This document shows positions 8,309 to 16,753 of a DNA stretch of 64,000 nt, in pieces. The notes below the pieces were generated by a model. That model searched no databases, was not told where the DNA came from, and saw nothing but the letters and a program-made list of their open reading frames with translations. Both the position numbers and the translations under genes were made by a program. The stretch is from a virus: positions 1 to 64,000 of the IMG/VR virus record IMGVR_UViG_3300028840_004626; one strand, 5' to 3'. Each line of letters begins with the position of its first letter. Position 1 is the first letter of the stretch.

Positions 8309-8910
8309 TGGCTAGTGCGTGGACATCCTGGGGCAAGGTGCCCGGATCTATTAAGGGCGCAGGTTCCACAATTAAGGGTGGTATCCAACAATATCTAGGC
8401 AGTGCTGCTCATGCCAAGGGAATGAGCTGGGCAGCTGGCGGATATGGGTTTGGCAAAGATATCGCATCTATCCAGAGTAAGGGATGGAGATATTTTGGGC
8501 GCGGAGTAGGCTTTGCCTTTTTAGGGTATGAGGCTTATGCAGGATACCAAAGAGGCGGAATTCTTGGTGCAGCTACGGGGGTTGCTACCCAAGCAGCCAT
8601 CAATTATGGGATTGGGGCAGCATGGGGAGCTATTGGCGGAACTGCTGCGCTAGGAGCTATCGGAACAGCTGCTGCAGTTGCAGCTCCTATCGCCGGAGCG
8701 TGGGCCTACAATAAATATGGGTCACAAGTCGGCAGGGAGACTTTTATGCGACATGCGAGAACTGAGCTTGGGGCTGGGGTTGCAGACCCATTTGGCACCG
8801 TTTCTACGATGAGGCGCAGAAGTGTATCTGCCCTCAATAGTTCAAGATTAAATGGACAAACAGCTCTTGGCAATGAAGCCGCTATGAGCTACAGTCCTTA
8901 TTTTCGCTAG
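8308..8910 (+). CDS. Glycine-zipper membrane-type protein, putative ejection protein
   Basis: Long G/A-rich hydrophobic hairpin (GGILGAATGVA...AAVAAPIAGAW) and basic C-terminus; coupled by TAATG. Confidence 0.7.
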   Translation: MASAWTSWGKVPGSIKGAGSTIKGGIQQYLGSAAHAKGMSWAAGGYGFGKDIASIQSKGWRYFGRGVGFAFLGYEAYAGYQRGGILGAATGVATQAAINYGIGAAWGAIGGTAALGAIGTAAAVAAPIAGAWAYNKYGSQVGRETFMRHARTELGAGVADPFGTVSTMRRRSVSALNSSRLNGQTALGNEAAMSYSPYFR

Positions 8911-8921
8911 GAGGATTTTAA

Positions 8922-9467
8922 ATGCTAACTAAAATGATTCAGGGAGCATTTAGTCGAGGTGCTGTTCAAGCAGCTATAGGTTCTACTGTGGTGGGACGAG
9001 GGACTACGTGGGGCGCAGCAATTGGTAGCGATGCTCTCCGCTATGCTTCTTCTGGGCTAAGTGGATTAGCGGGCATGGGCCCAACAGCTCTGTATTCCAC
9101 CCTTGGCGCAACAGCCGGTGGCGCATGGGGCATGGTATCTGACGATACTTCGGTTTTAGGTGGAGCATTGGCTGGTGCTGCGATTGGTGCTGGTGGATAT
9201 GGCTTGACAAGACTTGCAGCCGGTGGGCTGACCAAGGCTCTCAATCCTATCAAGAGCACGCTAAAGGGTGGCGCTAAGGCTGCTGCTGCTCCTACTGCCG
9301 GTGCTGCCGTAGCAGGTCCAGGTTTTGAGATGAGTGCTTCACGCAGTATGCAACAGAAACAAACGCTTTTAAATTATCTTCAGGGTGAAGCAGCTGCAGC
9401 ACAACAGATGACTTCTCCCAGATATGCAGTTCCCAAGCGGCGCGGATGGTTTAGTCGCAACCGCTAA
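8922..9467 (+). CDS. Glycine-zipper membrane-type protein, putative ejection protein
   Basis: LGATAGGAWG...VLGGALAGAAIGAGGYG glycine zipper; AGGAGG RBS. Confidence 0.7.
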   Translation: MLTKMIQGAFSRGAVQAAIGSTVVGRGTTWGAAIGSDALRYASSGLSGLAGMGPTALYSTLGATAGGAWGMVSDDTSVLGGALAGAAIGAGGYGLTRLAAGGLTKALNPIKSTLKGGAKAAAAPTAGAAVAGPGFEMSASRSMQQKQTLLNYLQGEAAAAQQMTSPRYAVPKRRGWFSRNR

Positions 9468-9487
9468 GATAATAATGCTGGGTAATT

Positions 9488-11509
9488 ATGTCGATTAACC
9501 TCAATCAATGCACATCCGAGTGTAGTAGTTGTATTCGTAGATATATTTCCAAACATCGCCTCAAAAGAGGCGATTCCTTTGATATACCCTGTCACGGTAT
9601 TCCTCTCGAATATTTGCCAGCAGATGTCCGCTCTAGCGTGAGCGGAGATCCAGAACTGGCTATTTCTATGATTGATGCTGTTACGTGGGCTGGTAAATTT
9701 TTAGATTGGCATTGTTATGATCCGATAGGAGAACACTGGAAGCGCAAAAGCTTAGAAGGAAGTATGCCAACTGGCTTAGCACAATACGAAGAGGGGGTGG
9801 CACTAGCAGGGAAATCTGTTTTTAATCGGCCCTATCAGGGAGAGATGCTTAGATGTTCGGCAAAATATAAAGTTTTTCGTATTGGGCGGCAAGCGGGCAA
9901 AACAGAAGTGCTGTGTGTTTCGGTTTTACACAATGTTTTTACTCACAAAAATTTTCGTTGCGTAATTATTGCCCCTTATGATTCTCAGGTTGAGTTGATT
10001 TTTGAACGTTTGCGCACCTTTATTGATAACAATGCAATGTTAAGTAATTCAGTGCGGCGCAAGGTTAAAAAACCTACTCATCAAATTGAATTGCATAATG
10101 GTTCTATTATTATCGGTTTTACAGCCGGTACTAAGTCGAAGCAAGAAGCTGGAGCTTCTCGTGGACAACCTGCACACATGTTGGTATTTGACGAGGCAGA
10201 TTACTTATCTGCTGGCGACTTGAATGCTGCCTTAGCTACCATCACAAACTTTCCCGAAGCAACTGTATGGATGTCATCTACTCCAGCCGGTAAACGAGAA
10301 AAGTTCTTTGAATCATGTCGCGACCCGATGTATCGCGAATTTCATTTTCCATCTCAGATTAACCCGAATTGGACAGAAGAAAGAGAGAGATTCTTTAGAA
10401 GTCAATTGACAGAAGACGGATATAAACATGAAATTCTAGCTGAGTTTGGGGAACAAGAAGAAGGGGTTTATCAGAACAAGTATATTGAATTGGCTCAAGA
10501 TGATTATGACTACGGCGACTATAAGCCCAATCCAAACTGGATTTATATGATGGGGGTTGACTGGAACGACGTCAAGATCGGCACAACTTTAGCCGTAGTT
10601 GGATTTGAGCCTGCTTCTGGCTTATTTCGTTTAGTTGACAAAGTCGTTATGACTCGATCTGAGCGTACCCAATTGTCTGCATGCCAAAAGGTAGCCGAAT
10701 TAAACAGGTTTTGGAATCCAACAATGATTTATGTAGATAAGGGATTTGGCACGACACAGATTGAGGTATTGCAGAAGTTCGGTTACGACTCTCTTGCTGG
10801 CGAAGGAGCAAATTCTCCTAATGCTAGATTGCGTAATATCGTTAAGGGATATGACTTTGGTGGTTCTATTGAAATACGAGATCTGTTCACCAAGCAGCCG
10901 ATTTCTAAAAAGGCGAAGCCATTTCTGATTGAGAATTCGGTGCGTCGTTTTGAACAGCTTACATTTAAGTATCCATCGTCAGATGAGTTATTTACAAAAG
11001 CTCTCCAGGGCTATATAGTTAAAAGGATTACAACTACAGGAGTTCCTGTTTATGAGATGCAGGACGAATCTGTTGGAGATCACTTCCTGGATGCGGTAAA
11101 CTTAGCTCTTGTAGCTTTTACTTTAGAGAAGTCAGCATTTGGGGCTCCGAAGCACGAGGCGCGTATTTCATTTTCTGCTGAGATTGGAGCTATACTTAGG
11201 GGAGACAAAGATCCACGCAAAGCATTGCAAGAAAAAGAAGCTCATCGCCCTAAGATGGGGCGTGCCGCAGCCGTAGAGGGTGGATCGGATAGACTAGTGG
11301 TTCCGGAACATGGCGAATTGCCAATGAATACTGCATCTGTTGATGGGGCCAGGGGGCCAGTAAAGCTATGGTCTTGGCCGGGTTTTGGCAGGGATGCTCC
11401 TAGGCCTAGAGTTAGAAGCCTAAGGGAAGCAATGTCAGATGCATCACAGCGGCTTAATAGACAACCTTCTCGCAGGGGTTCATCCCGTCCGAGGAGAAAA
11501 AATATTTAA
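9488..11509 (+). CDS. terL: Terminase large subunit
   Basis: RPYQ Q-motif, Walker A GRQAGKT, Walker B MLVFDEAD, motif III SSTP, nuclease GVDWN...VDKG...DHFLDA. Confidence 0.95.
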   Translation: MSINLNQCTSECSSCIRRYISKHRLKRGDSFDIPCHGIPLEYLPADVRSSVSGDPELAISMIDAVTWAGKFLDWHCYDPIGEHWKRKSLEGSMPTGLAQYEEGVALAGKSVFNRPYQGEMLRCSAKYKVFRIGRQAGKTEVLCVSVLHNVFTHKNFRCVIIAPYDSQVELIFERLRTFIDNNAMLSNSVRRKVKKPTHQIELHNGSIIIGFTAGTKSKQEAGASRGQPAHMLVFDEADYLSAGDLNAALATITNFPEATVWMSSTPAGKREKFFESCRDPMYREFHFPSQINPNWTEERERFFRSQLTEDGYKHEILAEFGEQEEGVYQNKYIELAQDDYDYGDYKPNPNWIYMMGVDWNDVKIGTTLAVVGFEPASGLFRLVDKVVMTRSERTQLSACQKVAELNRFWNPTMIYVDKGFGTTQIEVLQKFGYDSLAGEGANSPNARLRNIVKGYDFGGSIEIRDLFTKQPISKKAKPFLIENSVRRFEQLTFKYPSSDELFTKALQGYIVKRITTTGVPVYEMQDESVGDHFLDAVNLALVAFTLEKSAFGAPKHEARISFSAEIGAILRGDKDPRKALQEKEAHRPKMGRAAAVEGGSDRLVVPEHGELPMNTASVDGARGPVKLWSWPGFGRDAPRPRVRSLREAMSDASQRLNRQPSRRGSSRPRRKNI

Positions 11510-11521
11510 GGGGGAAGGCTA

Positions 11522-11959
11522 ATGGCCCTCAAGCTTTATAAAACTGCTGATAAAGACGATTATTTTGATTCTCTAGACCCATTCACTGTTACGGTAGATG
11601 GGCGCATAGGCGGTATCCAGGATCACAAGATTTATTTGCGTAATGACGATGCCAGTTACTGGTATGATAACGTTTCTGTGTCATTATCAGACACTTCTCC
11701 TTCAAGCCATGTAGATAGCACTCAAGAGGGCTGGTACTGGAAGCTGTCTCAGCGAGATATTGAACTGACCCATGAAGAATGGACAGCCATTACTCCTGGG
11801 ACTACACTTACGCTCACAGAGTCAATAGGAAATTCGCAATTGGGAGATGTTGTGACATTTATTCCAATCTGGGTTCGGGTTGCAATTCCTCGTGGGCAGG
11901 ATATCGAAACTCTGACAACTATCACATTCCAGATTACTGCTACGGAGTATTTGATTTAA
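11522..11959 (+). CDS. Beta-rich putative virion protein (paralogue of 55590..56135)
   Basis: KIYLRNDDAS / IWVRVAIP resemble TIYLRHDGAS / FQLRVQVP of 55590..56135. Confidence 0.65.
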   Translation: MALKLYKTADKDDYFDSLDPFTVTVDGRIGGIQDHKIYLRNDDASYWYDNVSVSLSDTSPSSHVDSTQEGWYWKLSQRDIELTHEEWTAITPGTTLTLTESIGNSQLGDVVTFIPIWVRVAIPRGQDIETLTTITFQITATEYLI

Positions 11960-12684
11960 TGGCTAAAAAAGAAAAAACACATCTGCCCCTCTCTGACGAT
12001 ACCGGACGAGATTTTGCAGATGATGATTTTATTCTCAACTATCGACCCAAGATTGATTTTGTGGCCCCAGAACACGTGCCATCCGAAAAACAACTATCTT
12101 CAGAAGACGTAGATGATGTTCAGCAAAGCTTGCGGGAGAGAACTCGTAATTTGATCGCTGGATTTGAGGCGCTTGGGAAGCTAGCCGAATTGGCAGAAAC
12201 ACGGATTGATCAGAGAATGCAGGCACTTGGAGGCCTGGATATTCATCTTGACCCGTATAAGGACGCAGGGGTTATTATGGCCCTTAAGCGTCGTTTTCCG
12301 GATAAGGTTGATACCTCTGTTATAACTTATGAAGATTACAAAGAATGTGTTAAGGGGCAAAAGAATGCAACAGCGGCACAGCCCGGATTAACAGTGCAAG
12401 ATATGCGTAATGCTCAGGCCGATCCCCTGCGAACAGATTTTGGTGGTTTGGGGCTACGCCCAGGCGAAGCGCGTCCCGAGATTAATTCAACCGGGACAAC
12501 TGTTGAGCCCGTCAACCTGGTTGAGTTTCAGGCGAATGCACTTATCACATTATTTGGTATGCTTAAGGATATGATTACAGATTTGGTTCTCTCATTGATC
12601 CCTGGTGGCGGCGGTGGCGGCGGAGACGACGAGGGTAGCAATGAAGAGGGCGAAGGGGAAGGCGAAGGAGAAGGGTTGCCTTAA
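11959..12684 (+). CDS. Hypothetical protein with poly-Gly and (EG)n acidic tail
   Basis: Likely start is the coupled ATG at 11959 (TAATG), not 11779; ends GGGGGGGDDEGSNEEGEGEGEGEGLP. Confidence 0.75.
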   Translation: MAKKEKTHLPLSDDTGRDFADDDFILNYRPKIDFVAPEHVPSEKQLSSEDVDDVQQSLRERTRNLIAGFEALGKLAELAETRIDQRMQALGGLDIHLDPYKDAGVIMALKRRFPDKVDTSVITYEDYKECVKGQKNATAAQPGLTVQDMRNAQADPLRTDFGGLGLRPGEARPEINSTGTTVEPVNLVEFQANALITLFGMLKDMITDLVLSLIPGGGGGGGDDEGSNEEGEGEGEGEGLP

Positions 12685-14219
12685 TGGAAATTAAGCGCGT
12701 TGTTAAAACACAGAGTCAGTTGCGCAGAGAACTACATGTTCAAAGCCTTGATGACCTCAAGAATGTTGATATCAACGCTGTTCTTGCGGTTGACCCAGAG
12801 CGTACCGACCTAGGAACAAAATTTCCTGATTGCGCATTAATTGCACGCACTTATGAGCGTGGAGCCCACTTTACACCTACCGAAGCGGCTGTTTTTGCCC
12901 CGTTCAATAGACATATCGAAAATCACAAGATTATGAGTCAGTCTGTTGCTAAGATGCTGAGCACCTACATGTTTAATCCAGAAGATATTGTATCTTCGGA
13001 TGTGCAGAAGCTTGCTGCCAAGGCGGGAATCGAGGTGCCCGGAGGTGCTGATTCGGGAACTGGCGGCAAGACAGACGAAGATCTTCAGTCTCTTAATATC
13101 GGCAAGGAGCAGCACTCGACCAAAAATACCGACAAAGGCGGCGGTGGCAGCAATGCCTTTATGGATTGGCTAAGTGAGTGTATTCCTTGCGATTTACGTC
13201 TTGGGGCATGGATAGAATTTAATCCAAATCTTGATTTGCTTGGTATGCTAGAAAACTTTTTAATGGAGGCTCTCAAGTTTTTGACGGGCATCGGTAATAT
13301 TTTGAGTAACCTAGATCTGTTTGGTGATTTCTGTAAACTCTTAGATCTATTGTCTTTTATGTGTATTCCTGACTTACAGCGTATTATTATGTTGTTTATT
13401 TCTCTTCTTACCCTCGAGGCTCCGAATCTAGATTTCTTAATTGGATTCTTGATGTCCCTAGTGGGCCCGTTATTTAGTGCTATTTTTAGTGGCATCATTG
13501 GGCTCTTTGATCAATTCGTACTGCTTGTTGTTAATCCACTAGATTGCATTGTGGATGCTATCAATCAGCAGTTGGCTAAGTTGCCACATGATCCCACTCA
13601 GCCACCACCACAAATTGGCAAAGATAGCATTTTAGCAGAGACTGCTGCAGGATTAGATAACGCATTACGTACACTTAAGCGCACTCTTGAGGGCGGAATT
13701 GCCACAATCAAAGAAAAACTCGATATGTATCTGGGTGAATTTAAGGCCCTTCTGGGCGAAGTTGGCGGTGGAGATTTTAACTATTTGGTGAAAACTTTCG
13801 AAAAATTAACCATGGTGCGCTTGATTGGTTTTATTATTGCCTTGATTTTGGCTTTAACGAAAGGAGATGTGCAGTGTTCCGGAGGTAAAGCCGAAAAACG
13901 GGAAATTGATGCTTTCTTTGAGAACTATCTAAGTCCTAATGGAGCTTTTGATATTTCTATGGATGATGAGGGGAATATCAACATTTCTGAAAGAGTTCCA
14001 GAACAGGCTGATACGCTAGCATCGATTCCTCAGGCCTTGTCAAATATCGAAAATGTGTTTGAATTTGAGGGGGAGGATGTTATCGTTACCGATGCCATCC
14101 GAGACACTGTATCCGCTCTAATTGAACCAGTTAGAGTGAAGACACCATGCAGGTTAGAGGTTTCTGCTGATGAGGCAGACAAGGTCAATCAATATATTTC
14201 GGAACTGAATATGACATGA
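12684..14219 (+). CDS. Helical, Cys-containing, partly hydrophobic protein (putative virion protein)
   Basis: 511-aa coupled ORF between TerL and portal; CIPCDLR/MCIPDL motifs and hydrophobic helices. Confidence 0.7.
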   Translation: MEIKRVVKTQSQLRRELHVQSLDDLKNVDINAVLAVDPERTDLGTKFPDCALIARTYERGAHFTPTEAAVFAPFNRHIENHKIMSQSVAKMLSTYMFNPEDIVSSDVQKLAAKAGIEVPGGADSGTGGKTDEDLQSLNIGKEQHSTKNTDKGGGGSNAFMDWLSECIPCDLRLGAWIEFNPNLDLLGMLENFLMEALKFLTGIGNILSNLDLFGDFCKLLDLLSFMCIPDLQRIIMLFISLLTLEAPNLDFLIGFLMSLVGPLFSAIFSGIIGLFDQFVLLVVNPLDCIVDAINQQLAKLPHDPTQPPPQIGKDSILAETAAGLDNALRTLKRTLEGGIATIKEKLDMYLGEFKALLGEVGGGDFNYLVKTFEKLTMVRLIGFIIALILALTKGDVQCSGGKAEKREIDAFFENYLSPNGAFDISMDDEGNINISERVPEQADTLASIPQALSNIENVFEFEGEDVIVTDAIRDTVSALIEPVRVKTPCRLEVSADEADKVNQYISELNMT

Positions 14220-16750
14220 AATTTTTAGGCCTAAATATTTCTCTTGACCGGGCAGTTGGGGACCGGGTCACAGTATCTTCAGTCAAGCCAGAATCTGGTA
14301 CGATTCCTGTATCTCAGATTCCTTCTGTCAGGCCACGTGTTTTAAAATACGGACAAAGTTATTCGTCTGGCAGAGGGTCGTTTTCTGCGGGCGAATATGA
14401 TTTGGCCGAAATTGGCAAGATTGAGGACACCGATGGTTATGTGCGGCAGGCTTTTAAGAAGAAAGTCGGCCTCATGTTTAAGGAGGGGGTAGGCTATTCT
14501 GGGCCCGATAAGCGTACAGCGCGCTATGTAAAAACTCGTTTTGCTCAGATCAGTCGCGCCACAGGTATTCCCCACGTTCAGCTCTTAAAACGTGTTGCTC
14601 AAAGTCTCATTCGGGTATCTAACGCTTTTATAATCAAAGTTCGTGACGAAAAGGCATCTGGTGGACGTAAGCGTGTGACTGCAGACGGCAAAGAGCTTAA
14701 GCCGATTGCCGGTCTCTTTCCTGCAGCGCCAGAAACAATGCGTTTTGAGATGAATGAGAATACTGGCAAAATCCTTCGCTGGAAGCAGATGCTTCCGGAC
14801 GGCAAGTTTCGGTTTTTCTCAGTTGATGACGTTGTTCATTTTTGCATTGATAGACGCGAAGGCTTTATTTTTGGCGTGCCTACGCTGATTCCGGTTATTG
14901 ATGACATTCGAGCACTTCGTCAAATCGAAGAAAATGTCGAACTGCTGTTATATCAGTATCTCTTTCCCCTGTTTCATTACAAGGTTGGAACAGAAACAGC
15001 CCCAGCAGGTTTTACAGAAGATGGTCTGCGTGAGATTGAGGTTGTTGAGGAACAGATTCAGTATATGCCAGCTGAGGGAGCTATTGTTACACCGGAACGT
15101 CATGAGATTACCGCCATTGGTGCAGAGGGTAGAGCACTAAGAGCAGAAGGATATCTAGAACATTTCAAAAAGCGTATTTTTGCTGGCCTTGGTGTTTCGC
15201 AGGTGGATATGGGCGATGGGGATACCACTAATCGGGCTACAGCACAAACCATGTCTCGTGCTCTGATTGATACAGTTAAAGATGTTCAGGATGAGCTAGA
15301 AGCGCAATGGGATCACGAGGTTATTTCTGAACTTCTTCTTGAATCTACTTTTGGCGACAGGGTTCTCGATGAAGAGTTTATGGTGCATCTGCAGTTTAAG
15401 GAAATCGATCTCCAGAATAAAATGGAATCGGAAAAACATTCTGTAGAGCTGTTTGAGGGGAATGCGATTACGTGGGATGAGCTTAGGGCTGAGATGGGTC
15501 GCGAACCAATTGAGGTTCCAGAAGACCCGGAAGACCAAGATCCGTCCAAATATCCAGATTGGTTCAATACCCACTGGAAGCTCTTTAAGGAACCAGAAAC
15601 TATTATCAAGGCTGTTGACGAGCCCTATTCTGTAGCCGCAAAAATGGCTGCTGAGGCACGTACACTTGGTGTTGTAACTGGTCAGATTGTGAAATCTAAA
15701 GAAGAAACCGAGGCCTCGCAGCGCGCTCAGGCCGAAGCCGATAGGCAGACCAAGATGGCTGTGGCACAATCACGTCCACGTACACGACAAGACAATTTTG
15801 TAGCTGCTTCTTTTAAACAGCTTGAAGAGGATACGGTTCGTCGCGTTCGGGCAAACTTGATTACGCGTGGCCATATGGGGCCAGAACATATCTTGTCGAT
15901 GGCACGTATTTGGGCTGCCGACACCACAGAGCGTCTGTATTCGGTTGCGGTTACTGAATTAATTCGAGGGTTTAATCTGCAGACCGGTAATCGTTCTTCC
16001 GAGAGCCCAAATCTGATTAGTCAGGGCCGCTATGAATTGCGCGAGCGTATTGAGTTTTTTGTCAATAAGTTGATTCACAATATGGTTGCTTTAGCGGAAC
16101 GTAGAATTGACGCTATCAATGGAAATGTTAAACTACCAGAAGTACAGAAAAAAGCGATGGAAGAAGTACACCTTGCTTTTGATTCTGTACGATGGCGCAC
16201 GAAGCTTATTTGGGATATCGAGCTTCGCAAGGCATATAACTACGGTCGAGTTCTGGGCATGAGATTTCTGGGGCTTGATTATTTGCGACTGGATGCTGCT
16301 AATGGTGCCTGTGAGCAGTGTCAGGCTGTTAATGGCCGTTTGATTGAGGTGGCGGCAGCCAACATTAATGATGTTCCGCCGTTACACCCACATAGTCGAA
16401 TGTCAATGACGGCACTGGTTGCAGAGGATGGTTCGAAATTTGTTCCGCCCCGCAACAAGGGCAAGCCGGCCGTTGAGCAAAACGATCCGTCTCTCAGTAA
16501 GAAAACAGGCGTATGTCCCCAGTGTGGCAATACTGTTACTTTGCAGCCACGATCTGGGGCATATTATTGCATGAAGTGCGTTAAAGCATTTCCCCCAGAA
16601 GACGTTGAGGGGGATGTCGATGATGCGACAAAACTTGAACGTTGTGTATTGTCAGTCAAAGCCCAATTGAGAAAAAAGAATCCAGGCATGAGTGAAAAAG
16701 AGATTAAGACTAGGGCCTTTAAGATTTGCAATGCCCAATTGAAAGGATAG
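14216..16750 (+). CDS. Portal protein fused to a C-terminal MuF (SPP1 gp7-like) domain and Zn ribbon
   Basis: Portal motifs (SNAFIIKVR, DDVVHF, FGVP.LIPV, IFAGLGVS, NRATA, ITWDELRAEMGREP); CEQC...VPPLHPHSR MuF motif; CPQCG..CMKC. Confidence 0.85.
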   Translation: MKFLGLNISLDRAVGDRVTVSSVKPESGTIPVSQIPSVRPRVLKYGQSYSSGRGSFSAGEYDLAEIGKIEDTDGYVRQAFKKKVGLMFKEGVGYSGPDKRTARYVKTRFAQISRATGIPHVQLLKRVAQSLIRVSNAFIIKVRDEKASGGRKRVTADGKELKPIAGLFPAAPETMRFEMNENTGKILRWKQMLPDGKFRFFSVDDVVHFCIDRREGFIFGVPTLIPVIDDIRALRQIEENVELLLYQYLFPLFHYKVGTETAPAGFTEDGLREIEVVEEQIQYMPAEGAIVTPERHEITAIGAEGRALRAEGYLEHFKKRIFAGLGVSQVDMGDGDTTNRATAQTMSRALIDTVKDVQDELEAQWDHEVISELLLESTFGDRVLDEEFMVHLQFKEIDLQNKMESEKHSVELFEGNAITWDELRAEMGREPIEVPEDPEDQDPSKYPDWFNTHWKLFKEPETIIKAVDEPYSVAAKMAAEARTLGVVTGQIVKSKEETEASQRAQAEADRQTKMAVAQSRPRTRQDNFVAASFKQLEEDTVRRVRANLITRGHMGPEHILSMARIWAADTTERLYSVAVTELIRGFNLQTGNRSSESPNLISQGRYELRERIEFFVNKLIHNMVALAERRIDAINGNVKLPEVQKKAMEEVHLAFDSVRWRTKLIWDIELRKAYNYGRVLGMRFLGLDYLRLDAANGACEQCQAVNGRLIEVAAANINDVPPLHPHSRMSMTALVAEDGSKFVPPRNKGKPAVEQNDPSLSKKTGVCPQCGNTVTLQPRSGAYYCMKCVKAFPPEDVEGDVDDATKLERCVLSVKAQLRKKNPGMSEKEIKTRAFKICNAQLKG

Positions 16751-16753
16751 CTC

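Noticed and set aside
9488-11509. Intein or intron in TerL
   Set aside because: Motifs are contiguous at normal spacing; no intein C/S...HN signature or LAGLIDADG motif seen
11779-11958. Upstream extension of ORF 11779..12684
   Set aside because: Overlaps the preceding gene by 180 nt; the coupled ATG at 11959 is more plausible
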